Source: Pocillopora damicornis (lineage: Eukaryota). Taken from it: a DNA stretch of 64,000 bases. Shown piece by piece: positions 1 to 12,500 of the stretch (its first letter is position 1; every line of letters starts with the position of its first letter). The notes beneath the pieces were generated by a model, which was not told the DNA's origin, searched no databases, and saw nothing but the letters and a program-made list of their open reading frames with translations. A program made the translations under genes and the position numbers. Location of the stretch: the NCBI RefSeq assembly GCF_003704095.1, contig NW_020844755.1, positions 124,001 to 188,000 of the forward strand, read 5' to 3'.

Positions 1-403
1 ATCTTCTCCTAAATCATTTAAACAAACAACATGTGAATAGATATTTGACTGGTTAAGTGACCACGTGACCACATGACCACGTAGCAGGAGTGGGACAACC
101 AAAAGACAAAGAAACAGAGCACTAGCAAAGAAATGGCATAAATTTAATTTGGTATGAGCTCAAAGTACTTTAATATGTAAATTAAGTGGCTGGTGGCCGT
201 GGAGAGGACTGGAACTCAAATCCACCAGATCTCATATCTGATTCCTACAATGGTAAACCACTATTACCAGCATACTGTCTCAATAAAATAAGATGGTAAT
301 CCACTGCAAACAGCACCTCTCTTTAGAATTCAATTAAAAGGAGATGAGGCCATCACATTTCTTGAAATAAACTAATTATTGTGCACTGTACATTTGTAAT
401 TAC

Positions 404-3400
404 CTTTCTTAAATTTTTTCGTCGGTATCTTTTTCAAAGTTGATGGAGATAACCTGTTGCGCCTTTGTTCTAGGTAATGTCTGTAGTAGCGACTGATCTG
501 TTCAAAAATCACAGATTTTTTTGTAATATTACAACATATTATATCATCAAGATAATAGGCCCCTCTGTTCAGATACTACAATCAAATTGTTTATGTTAAG
601 GTATTTAACCCTTTCACTACCTGTAATGATCAAGACATAATTTTTCCTTACAGTACCAGTACAGTATCAAGAAGACAAGAGATGAGAATGGTAAAATATG
701 TTAACTTAAGGATTATCAATAGATTCAACACCAAATTCTCAGAATGAACTTTATGAGAAGTGTATGGCCGACTTTACAGAAAATTTTTAATGAGATATTA
801 GGAGTGAAAGTGTTTAAGTAATGGAAAGTTGACGATTGGCATTAACAGCTCCTACTCTTGGCTGTTTCTGAAACATATTGGCTCAGAAGGGAGGGATGTA
901 CATGCATTACGTCCTTTGTCAGTGTGCTATCATATGGTACATAAAACAGACATGATTAGGGAACAAATTTGAGCCAGGGAGGTAAAAAGAAGATTACTTT
1001 GTTCTAAATGTCCAAGTGTGAAATTTACTCTCAAGTAAGGTGATTTCAAAAATAACAATACTACAAAAATGATTTCTCAGTGAAACTGTTGTTACCTCAG
1101 ATACAACCACTAAAACCAATAGATGAACAAAAATTCTTTTGGAATATCTCATGCAACCTTATCCAAACTGAAGGAAAATATATTATTCTTTTGTCTTCAT
1201 TATAATTGTCCTCTTTGCATCACTCCAAGCTTAAAACATTTTTTTAATTCAGAAGGAGTGATGGAAGTAAAGAGGGAAAATTAGCATACACAAATAATTA
1301 TAAAGGTATTAGGATAAAAAAAATAAAAACTGTTATCACTATGGAATAGGGTCTGGGTGGCACACTCACCATAAACATTGCCATCAAAATAAAACAGATT
1401 CCTACAATGATTGCAAAAGGAATCATATAGAATTCATAACTCAAAAGGGGAGGAAGCTGCTGAGGGGTGAGATACACTCTACTGTTTCTGTGGAAAAGAA
1501 TCAAACCAAAAGTCAATCACTTGTCATCAGAATTAATTGCTTCACTTTTCAAATTACAAAAAGTAGGCTTAGATTGAGTGTTTTGTACCACTTCATAGCT
1601 TAATAATGGTTGCACAAACTATTTATGTTTTGTTTTTATGATATATTCTTGAAGCTATTATAACCATGTTTACAGTTACCTTGACATGTACAAAGAAAAA
1701 GCACACTTCCAGTCTGAACAACATGAAAAATGTACATTTTTGGATGCCAACAATTCATGACCAGAACAACTTCTTGCAAGAAAAATAATACTAAAGAAAA
1801 AAAGTCAAAGAAAGAAAAATAACCAGAAGAAAGAAGGAAAGAAAGAAAGATAGGAAAAGACAAGGAAAGGAGTGAAGGAGGGGTGGGGAAGGGCAGAAGG
1901 AAGAAAGGAAGGAGGGAAGGAAGGAAGAAAATAGGGAAGAGATATGCATTAAACCACAAAGCTGATTTACCAAAGAGGGACGGCTTTGCCCTTAAAGGAA
2001 ATTTAAAAAGGTTATTTTCCTAGTGTTCCATGTTTCTCCCAACAGTCTACATGTATTTTTGCACCTCTGTACACAACTAGTCGCACATGAAAAGTACTTA
2101 CGGCAAATTTTCGAAGTCATTATTTTCTAAAATCTCACCAGTTCTCTAAATAGTAGACAGAAAATCAAAATGACACATTCTTCAAATACATGAAACATTT
2201 ATCTACTGATTAATCAGAGATGATGCATTACATATGTCCAATGCACACAATGAGCTAATTCAAAGTAAAACTCAGAGCAACATACCCTAAGAAATCAATG
2301 TCAAAACCAGCAAAACAGAAAATTGAGAAAGAATGTGGGCTGCTTTTCCACTGCTAAGCCAATCATACTCAACTCATTTTTTTCCTCAAACATTTAACCA
2401 CTACATCCAAAGATCTGATTGTTAATTCTACTCTCTAGCTACCAACGATTTCCTTGCATATTAGTTACAAGATTTTGGTGTAAGATCAAGATAACAACTG
2501 TTACCTACTAAGTTTGAGTAGTCTCATCACCTGTTTGCTGGATAATGTATAGATATTACGAGAGAAGTTACATGCAAATCACTTTTCAGTTGAAGGGTTA
2601 AGACTGTTGTTTTTCCTGATAAAAGTTCATTGTTTAACAGTGAGTATATGCCAATTCTTTATTTTCAATGCCTGGAAGTTTGACCATTTTATGTAAATGC
2701 TTCAACAAGTGACTCAGCAGATGTGAGAAACATTCACAACTGCTTCCCTTTACCATACTTACCTTCCCTACAAACACAACTGGTAGATCCACATCATCTA
2801 TCTCTAAAATAAACATAACGATTATATCATAGGAATGTGAGCTGAGAAAATGCAACACATGTGTGTGCACAGAGAAATAAATCATTGTTTGTTGAAAATG
2901 AAGACACAGAGAAAAGCATGATTTCCCAAAAGATTTATACTTCACCTTTTCAAAAGGGTTATGTTATTTAAATAATTATGTTCTCATAAGACAATTAAAA
3001 CAGCACTTGAACGGCAAATCCACCAAACTGCTAAACCTTACCTCCTTCATCAATAGGATCAACTTCATCACTTGTGAGACTTCGTATGATAGCAGCATCA
3101 AAGCCACCTCTGGTAGCCTCTATGCCCTGGAATCAAACCAAAAAAATGTGTTAAACTACTGCCTCCATTAAATGGAGTGTGAGCATCAAGGGTGTCTGGG
3201 GGCTTCCACTGTGTCCAACTGCCACAGCTGCCAAATTCCAGACACCAATCTGAGCCTCCATTTCACACACCTGCCAACACTGTTCTCCTCAATGAATCAG
3301 TGCTGGTTACCTTTTTTAAATTTTCAATTATCAAATTCCAACCAACTGAAGACAAAGCAAGTGCAAAAAGAAAAGAAAAGAAAGAAGATCTGATGTGTAC

Positions 3401-5464
3401 AATCACTATTCCATTGCCACCGCCTTCTACACAATACAATAAATGATCTTTCAATTGCTCATTTGGCAAGGACCAAATCTTGACTCACAGATAGTGCAGG
3501 GTGTATATTTCTGTTACAGTAGATAATAATGCATTAAATGAAATGGACTTGGCATACCTTTTGGAAAGATTTACAATGTCCAAAATCAATGAGGAGAAAG
3601 ACGTTTCCATCATATGAAATATTCGGGTAGCTGCTTTTGTGCATCACTTCCGTGCATGCATCTTTAGGATTAGCCAGGAATACCACACCCTAAAAATCAC
3701 AAAAAACATTGTGTTTATAGCTTTATTGCATAGGATGGTGTCCTATCATTGATTCCCACTTACTAAATGCATTGTTCTTGACATGTGTCTTGGTGCTGCA
3801 GTACATGCGAGGGGTACTACTTAATTGGCATTTGTTTCCTAAAACCAAAACTAATAATTCCTTATTTTGAAAACTCTTTCTCTACACATTTCATATAACA
3901 TTTGACAATTTACACCCTAATATCACTATGCATATTCTCTACACTATTATCTGTATCTTTCCTAAGGTGCTGACAAAGAGAATTTGTTTAAAAATCGAGT
4001 GCTTCTTTCATTGATCATCTCATCTTTCATTCTTGTGACCTTGATGTGTGATTCAATGGTGATATTGGAAGGAGAAATTGGTTGGTGTCACTTTTAGAGG
4101 CCAAAGGGCTAATTAATTGGATTATAAGCACAAAAATTGTCTCCAAGGTTGTCTTCAGCCATTATTTGTTCATCAAACCACACAGTTTTTGCCTCTAAGA
4201 GCTGACAATATCTGTAGGCAAAAATCCAGGCTCCTGTTTGAAAAGGGTGAGGGCTCACCTCAAAGCGTGAAGAAGGAACCATATTGCCAAATGAAACCCA
4301 TTCATAACCATAACAGTCTTCCCTACTAGTACCATTTCCAATCTACAAGAAAATTGAACGATAATACAAAAATCACAAATAATTCAACTTTGGAATTCAG
4401 ATTTTACTAGGTTTAAGATACAATGGTGATTACAGTTCTACTGATACATTTTGTTTGCCACAACAGTAATCTTTCCTGTTAGGGTGTCACAAGAAATTTA
4501 AAAAAACTGTACATGAATCCAGAAATAAACACAATTACTTTCATGTAGAAGTTCTTCTAACAGATTATGAAGTAATACAAACATCTAGAGTCCTTTCAAC
4601 TCACACTCTGCATAGTTGTATGTATCTCAATTTTATATCATGTTCAAAAAAAATATGAGCTTCTTCCAAAGATCATAACTGCATGTCGAAAAATCAACAA
4701 AAAACCTTATTGTTGATGAAACGATTTTCAAATGAGTGCCATAGGTAACCTAGGACTGCACTGCTTTTGACTGTCAAATTCCATCGTTGATATTAAAAAA
4801 AAAACACTTTGATTATAACTAAAAGAGGTGATATGGCTATAAGCATTTACCCATTTACCCCTAACATTAGTATGCATATTTTCCATACTGTTCTCCTTGC
4901 ATTTCCAAAAAAAGCTGACAAGGAGAATTTGTGTAACAGTCAAGAGCTGCTTCAGTTGGTGATCATATCCTCTATTCTCATAACTTTCATATTTGATTTA
5001 GGGATAACAGAGTAAGGAGAAATTAGATGCTAGTCATTCTTAGGGGCTAAAGGATCAATATTTGATGTAAACAAATATATCCATATACAATGTAGTATAT
5101 ATCATTAACATGCTTTGAACAGTTTTGTTTAAAAACTTCTGGCTATATTTCCCTTTTCATAAACAGGAATTTGAATTACAACTAAGGGAAATTCCCAATT
5201 GGAATTAGATGTATTGACACAACAAAGATAGTCATGTAAACAAACAGTACATGCAGGGAAGTTGATCTAAAAGAGTAGTTGAGAGAAAAGAAAAAAAAAG
5301 CATTGCAAAGGTCAACATTTACAACTACGAGGACATTTAGAAACATCAAGTTCACTACAATTTATCCTCACCACACAAACTTGATTGGATAGGTCACAAA
5401 ACCCAAACTGGCTCACATAAAGGAACATGAATCCTTTAATTATCCACCAACTGCCGCTTGACAT
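404..5464 (-). CDS. RNF13: PA-TM-RING E3 ubiquitin ligase, RNF13/RNF167-like; 3'-partial (RING exons lie beyond the left edge)
   Basis: Phase-compatible GT-AG exons: 5372-5464 (MSSGSWWIIKGFMFLYVSQFGFCDLSNQVCV, signal peptide-like), 4259-4342, 3558-3689 (GVVFLANPKDAC...LIDFGHCKSFQK), 3042-3126 (GFDAAIIRS), 2763-2803 (DLPVVFVGK), 2102-2145, 1370-1487 (TM: YEFYMIPFAIIVGICFILMAMFM), 404-497 (RRNRLSPSTLKKIPTKKFKKG). The PA domain, TM and juxtamembrane segment resemble RNF13 (YYLIPFLIIVGICLILIVIFM...RLRKDQLKKLPVHKFKKG). Confidence 0.88.
605..817. mobile_element. piggyBac-like MITE, family A
   Basis: Starts TTAACCCTTT and ends AAAGTGTTTAA; the internal sequence resembles 10243-10453. Confidence 0.6.
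1793..1940. repeat. Purine-rich low-complexity tract (AAAG/AAGG)n
   Basis: Read directly from the sequence. Confidence 0.85.
2394..2601. mobile_element. piggyBac-like MITE, family C
   Basis: TTAACC...GAAGGGTTAA ends; the internal sequence resembles 9856-10040 and the reverse of 30140-30259. Confidence 0.6.
3902..4112. mobile_element. piggyBac-like MITE, family B
   Basis: Shares the core (tacaccctaa..tatgcatattctc..gctgacaaggagaatttg..ggagaaattagatgct) with 4846-5058, 10041-10222 and 25467-25649. Confidence 0.6.
4846..5058. mobile_element. piggyBac-like MITE, family B
   Basis: Same core as 3902-4112, with degenerate TTAACCC/GGGTTAA ends. Confidence 0.6.
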
Positions 5465-6283
5465 AATCAATACTTTACTGAAAAGTGAACCATAAAAATA
5501 CTTTTATATTTATACATAATGAATCGTAGTAACTGAAAAATGTGTAAAAGTAATAGTAAATAACACTAACATCAAATTTTGTTGCCATTTGGGCCAGATG
5601 ACTAAGAGAAAGCAGACATGCTTAAAAGAGTCCATGTTCCAATTTTCAGATCATAATGATAACAGTGTGACATATCCTCTTTATCACAGAGGATTTTTAA
5701 AATAGTTGAGATGATTTTAAAATCACAAGTCCTTGAGCTACATACAGTGATAAAGATGTCCTGACCTGTAAAGAGTTCCACAGTACTGCTCACCACTGAA
5801 TTATGCTGGTTGGTCTTCACCCTTAGGTTTTCAGCAAATGTTTTGATCTTGTGGTGTATCCCTTCCTAAAAAGCCAGAAAACCTGGTGTTTGTCAACAAG
5901 CTTTGGCTAAGAAGTACCCACTTCGTTTAACACATAAAATCATTGCCAATTTACCATGGCAACAACCAATACGGTAACTCAAATGCCTGGTGGATATTTC
6001 ACTTTGGTCAACCTAACTCCTCCTTAATCCTACTTTCCTTCTGCGAAATGTCTCCATTACAACACACTAGTAATGTAATTAATCGTTTTGTATTGCTATT
6101 AGTTCTTCCATCTCCTGATATATATATACATTTAATTTGGCAATACACAAGGAACGATCGAGCTACGTCAGAAGAGATGCTCCTTCGAGATATTTCCTTC
6201 TTGTTGCGAACTTTATCAACCCTGCAATGCATTTCCCAAAATTATCATTTCTCCTCCTTGTACAGACTTATTATTTTTTTTGA

Positions 6284-6323
6284 GCCAAAAAGGCCAAAAA
6301 GGCCAAAAAGGCCAAAAAGGCCA
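6284..6323. repeat. Tandem repeat (GCCAAAAAG)x4.4
   Basis: Read directly from the sequence. Confidence 0.95.
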
Positions 6324-8440
6324 GTTGATCGTGTATTCTCTGGCCTTTGAACAGAGAGATGTCAGTACATCCCATGTCACGCAGCAGAGGTACAAGAAAG
6401 TTTCATGTTACGCCATGCCATTTTGAGGATTTATCTTAAAAACACGAGCAGATCACGAGTATTTGAGCGTGTGGAGGTGCATCTTAACGGACCAAATGCT
6501 CAGATACCTAGATGAAAGCGATACTTTCAAATGATTCGATAATTGTTATAAATAGTCTAAGCGTTTTAGTTGTCATACGACCCATAATTTTCGATTCGTG
6601 TGTCGACGTTGTGGTTTTCTGGTACTCATGTCAAGACAGAACTATACTATTTAAGCTGACAAATCTTATGCAATAAAAAGGTACAATTATTACAAACAAG
6701 CCATAAAGAAATAATTTTTTTCTTTCCTACAACCTAAAGTCTTAAATTGATAGAAAAATAATGTTTAGTAAACGGCGAAGGCTGCGTTTTATAAGTAAGA
6801 ATGAGCTATGTGTTTACATGGGTTGCGTTTCCACAACACTGATCTCGAATCCTCTCTGCGTTATATAAGCATTCGTAGCTTTCTTGATCACTCTCTTGCT
6901 AATTTCAGTGGTCAGATGAAGGCATTTCTTAACCCCGAAACCTTTCCTAAAAATACTGCAAATCATTTCAATGCACGTCGTTTCGACTTAATTTCACTTT
7001 CAGCTGGTTTCAGGCGAGCCCGTCTTCCTGGCTATATGGGCGATTGCAAGACTTAGTTCAACCAATAATCTCAGAAATATCACTTAAAAAATAGCCTTTA
7101 AACCAACCTTAGTGAATTCCTGTTTTGAAACCACTACATGTCATTTAACTGGGACTTTTCTAGCTGTCAGTTATTTTCCTGATTCTGCCCTACCATAAAG
7201 CCTTTACGTTTAGTTGGAGTGTTTCAGGTGTGTTTGCCATTTTTGGTGATTGATTGCGTAGGGACCTTCTAATAGGATCCAAAGACGGCCCTGCTGGGGC
7301 TTGCAGATTAGGGGCTCTAGACGACTAGACATGCAAGATCCGTGCAAGATGGTGTGATCTTTGTTCGCGCCAAAATGCGTCGATGTCCCGCGGTGAAATA
7401 CAAAGGTGTTACAAAGACGCCTCTTTTAAAGCGCGACTAAAACTTTTCGGTTTTTTACTCTCGACCTGCTTGAGCAAAGAGTTTCGCGTTTCAATAGGTA
7501 AAGTGGCCTTTTTTCAGCTTGGACAAGCTCTTTACTCCTGAGAAAGTTGGTAATTGTCAAGGTTTTTATTTCTGGAGTTTAACTGCGTTGTAGTGGCCGT
7601 TAGCATTGCACAGGGGGGCTGGCTACTGGTGGAGGTTTAACTTTACCTATCGTTTTACTAATTTCAACGCCAGTTTTTCACTGCCTACTCTGAGGGAGTG
7701 AAAAAGTCATGAAATTTTTGCCCGCAGAATAGGCGTTACTTTTTAACGCACCCCAACCCTTGCGATTTTCGCCACACGTGCTCGCTTGAAAAACGGAAAA
7801 GAGACCCCCACTCTACCAGCTAAGGGAGTTTAGGGTAAAACAGAGCAGACCCTCAAGCATGTGGGCATATATGTTGCCTGCTCTCCTAACACAAGCCGTT
7901 TGTTGCATAGAGTACAGACCGCGGAGAAGTTAAAGTTTTTGATTGATAGCTGAACTCTGCAGCTACTTTGTAGATGAGCTAGTCAAGTCACTTTTAGGGG
8001 GAGGAGAACGAAGTAACTTTTAGGGAGGGGAAGAACGAGAAGCAATCTCGAGAGGGCAGCAGAATTGATCCTAAAGTATGACGCCTCGCTTGCACTAAAG
8101 AAGAATGCAAGTATTTAAGTATTCTTTTTTTTTTTAATCTTTATTAAAAATTAACGTCGTATGTTAATATCATCACAGATACCAAACTTTAAAATCCACC
8201 TCATTCCATTCGTCTCATCTCAATCAGCATAACTTCCACCGTGAAATATTTGCCCAAAAATGTACTCTAAAAAGTTAGTTTGATTAAGAAAATTTTATTA
8301 TTTGACTATGTACATGTTCACTCTAATATTTTACGTAAACTATCTGTACATGAAACAAGGAAGTAGGTGATAAGTTAACTGACATGGATAGTGTAACTGT
8401 GTGTACAATGGTGGAATTTTCATAAGAAAACATTTTCCAA

Positions 8441-9469
8441 TCAAGACCGCTGCTGGTTATCCAATATTTTGAAGAAGTACTCCACCTGTATCATAAAAAA
8501 AATGGAAGAAATTACCGGCTGAAACTTCAAAGAATTGGAAAATACCCCTTTGCATCCTTGCTACAATTGTTACAATACGGTGCTAACCAATCAATCTGAG
8601 TCTTTTGTGTCAAGTGATTCCTCTTGAACAATCAAACTACAGAAAAGGCTACTGAGCTGGCGGCAGCAGAGAAGTGTGGAAATAGACCTTTAAGGAAAAA
8701 AATTTCCTATAAGCCTTCCTTAGAGAAAATCAAAGAAGAAAACTTGACGGTCAGGGCTTCACAGGAGTTGCAAGTCAATAGTAGGAGACAAAAAAAAACA
8801 ATTACGCTAACCTCTATCAGTCCATCTTCTGGTAAATCAGTGCAGTGGACAGCATTCTTTATCTTGTCTTTGCCAAACATTGCCCGCAATGTTCCAGGGC
8901 GTAGATGGCGAGCGATTTCCTGAAAAAAAGAAAAAAAAAACAGAACAAAACAAAACAAAAAAAACGATTTGTTTTGGTTCAGGTCAGTGTTTTATAACTT
9001 TTGCACAATTCTTCCCTCGCAGTATTGAATATTTAATATTGAATCGTGCAATATTTACAACAACAAACATAGCGGTCTCGTGTTAAGTGACACGAATTCT
9101 AGGAAATAAAACTTCACGGACAAAAGCTTATTTCAAAGTGAAAAAGAACTAATTTCTTCTTGTCTAGCAGTGCTAGAAATAGTACAGGCGCCCACATAGT
9201 GACGATTACTGTTTTGTCTCTTTGAAACAATTTTTCTTTTCACGTCCCGGAAATTATGGACCTTAAAGGAACTTTAAGTAAGGCGAAGAAGCGCATGGTA
9301 AATTTGGTTAATAAGCTTACTGGATCGGAAGGACCGACGAATTCTCTGAATGATACTGGTGCATTAGGAGCTCTGATCTCCATGGCAAGGCACGGTCCAC
9401 AACACAGCTCCTCGACCATACTCTAATTGTGAGAGGAACAAACCAAATAAATCAAGGGGGTTAGTTTCC

Positions 9470-9501
<32 letters not shown>

Positions 9502-12500
9502 TATGACAAGGTGATATAGTATTATCAACTGAGTTGACAACGTAAATCGACCACTGTAAAGAGTTTCAAAGTTTTAATTCGCTCTGACGAAGGGCTAACG
9601 CTCGAAACGTCCACCTTAAAACTCTTTACGTTGCTCAATTTACGTTATCAATTCCGTTGATAATACTTAACTACCGAATAAATCAAGAATTTGAATTTAA
9701 CGGTGTCTTAACGAGTGGTGTTTTTAAGACAATTCCTCGAATTCGGAAAGAGTATTCTTCCAAAATGAATTTAGCAATCAAAGGAAGAACAAAGAAAAAT
9801 ACAATAACAGAGAGGTTCAAGAACTCATATTTGGATGAAATCTCATTTCTTTTGCTTTACTCTTTAACGACTAAGATCAGAATGTTAATTCTACCCTCAA
9901 GCTGTTACACACCTCCTTGTAAATTTGTCAACTGAAGGCAATTTGGTGTTGAAGCAAGATAACAACTTCTACACGATCAGTTTGAGTATTCTCATTACCT
10001 GCTGGATATTATGCATGGGATTGGATCTTATATGTAGAAGTTGACCCTTTACACCCTAACATCAGTATGTACATTCTCCAGAGTGTTCTCTATACATTTC
10101 CTATGGTTCTGACAGGGAGAATTTGTTGGTGATCATTTTCCTTGTGACCTTAATGTGTGATTCAGGGGTGATACAGCAAGGAGAAATTAGATGCTTATCA
10201 CCCTTAGGGTGTAAAGAGTTAAAGGTTAATCACTTCTGAAGGTTAACCCTTTAATTCTCATGAGTGACCAAGACAGAATTTCTCCTTACAATATTAATAC
10301 AATATCAACCAGATAAGGGACAAGAATTAAGAAAAATATCAATTTGGGGATGATTAGTTGATCCAATACTAAATTCTCTGAACCAAAATTGTAAGAATTG
10401 TATGGTTGACAGTAAGGAGAATTACAAACTTGGTTTGAGAGTTAAAAGGTTAAAGGTTCAAAAGTGGTTCATGTGCGGCACCTCACCTGGTATTCATTTA
10501 CAACACCTTTGTAAACTTCATAAAATTCTTCAGCATTTGCTCTTTCAAGATGGAACTGAGGATCAGAGGAAAACTAATATTCATACCTTATCATACAGAC
10601 GTGACCAGAGACCATCAACATTCTCAGTTCCAAATAGAGAAATCTTTAATTGAGTTTCAATACATCTAAGATTGCATTGGTTTGTTCCACAAATCTTTGT
10701 GATTGGTCTAAAAACATTTACGCAACCCTCTTCAACCAATCAGATACAAATTATAACCATGATAACAATAATTACCATTTGGTCACAAGTATTTTCCTGT
10801 GTAGCAGGCAGTTTGCCTGAAAGTATATAATCTTGAATTCTAATTAGCCACATGTGATATACTCCTTTCTTCCACCTAGCTGCTGTGATGACTTACTGTG
10901 AATTTGGTTTTGCGATTCTCCCATGAAAAGTGCTCTTATGTACATGTAACTAATAGTAGTTCATCTTACTAACCATCTGAAGGGCAGAGATCTCAAACCC
11001 CTTGCTTGTTATGGCAGATATGATTTTGCCAGTGTTACCTGAATGCAAAATAATAACAACCATTAACCCTGTAACCCGTAAGAATGGCAAGCATCTAATT
11101 TCTCCTCAAAGTATAACCACTGAATCAAACATTAAGGTCATGAGAATAAAGGTAATGATCAATACCTAAAGAAGAAATTCTCCTTGATAGCATCTTAGGA
11201 AATGAATAGTGAATAGTATGGAGAATATACATACTGAACTTAGAGTGTAAATTAAGGCAAAAAAAAATGCAAATCATGATGCTTGCTTCTGGAGCTGTTT
11301 GCTTAGCTTCCTCAGGAGGGACATGAAGATACAATTACAAGTAGTGGAAGAAGTAGCTTTGAGTGCAAAAAGGGCACACAAATACGATATAAATAAAATC
11401 CTCAACTAAAGACAGCAGTAACTGGCTCCTTTGAAACCATTACAAGAGGCAGTTACAAAATAAACATGGGCCATGTGAGAGGTTTAACTGCATCATAACA
11501 AAACCTCATCAAATTACATGACTGTGTACTTAGCATCGATTTATGATACCTTGAATAATGGCATGAGGTTTGATTATGCAGAGAGTGCAGTTTGAAAAAG
11601 AAGCAGTGTTTTTTCCAATGAAGCTTTTGTCACCAAAGAAAAAATTTGCTTCCTGTAAGTCAAAACAAAAAGAAAGAAATTTTACTCAAAATATTTTGAA
11701 AGAATAGAAGGTAGATAGATACAATGTTACTCTTGTGCTTCCTTCTACCTTAAATTTAGAGCCAATTATTTCACTTAAAGAGCATTCTTCAATCTTTCAG
11801 TCTATTAATCCTATGAATGATGAGCATCTAATTTCTCTGTACATTATCAATACTGACTCAAACATTAACGCTATGAGAATAAAGGAAATGACCACCCACT
11901 CAAAGATCTCTTGATTGTTAAACAAATTCTCTTTGTCAGTACTATATGGGAAATGTATAGAGAAAAGTTCAAGGAGAATGTGCATACTGATCAATGTTTG
12001 ATGTTGAACTGGTTACTATATACCTGAACTCACTACCGACAACTGTTTTTCATTTTCTTAACTAAAGGCAGTGGACTATGTGGAGTTAAAAAAGAATTGT
12101 ATAACTATTAATTTGGCAAGACAATGGTACATAATTACTTAAAATGTTAATTTACCACCAAATAAATGTTCTTACTCTTTCAGCTGCTAGTGGTGAATCT
12201 GAACCATGTGCAGCATCTTTTGTGGTGTCTACAACAAATCCCAACATAGTGGTTAAGAATAGGCAAGTTATTGAAAATGATCTAAGATGTATAGCTAACA
12301 ACAAAAGGCAACTGTTGCAGTAAAATAGGAGTGTAAATTTTAGGGAAGGCATATCAAGGTCATCTTTGTCATCAAAACTGGTACATTAAAAAAAGAAAAA
12401 GGGTTTTGACCCTGGGAAGAATTTTAGCCATGCCAAATTTTCTAAAGAACCCTCAACCCTCCCTGGTTCCTACCAGACTCACATTTGCCTTTATTTTACC

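Noticed and set aside
5943-6350. 135-aa ORF with RPK repeats
   Set aside because: The repeats come from a 9-bp tandem repeat; intronic, with no recognisable domain.
11541-11549. GTATC donor as a possible U12 intron in NME7
   Set aside because: It reads GTATCATAA, not the U12 consensus GTATCCTT.
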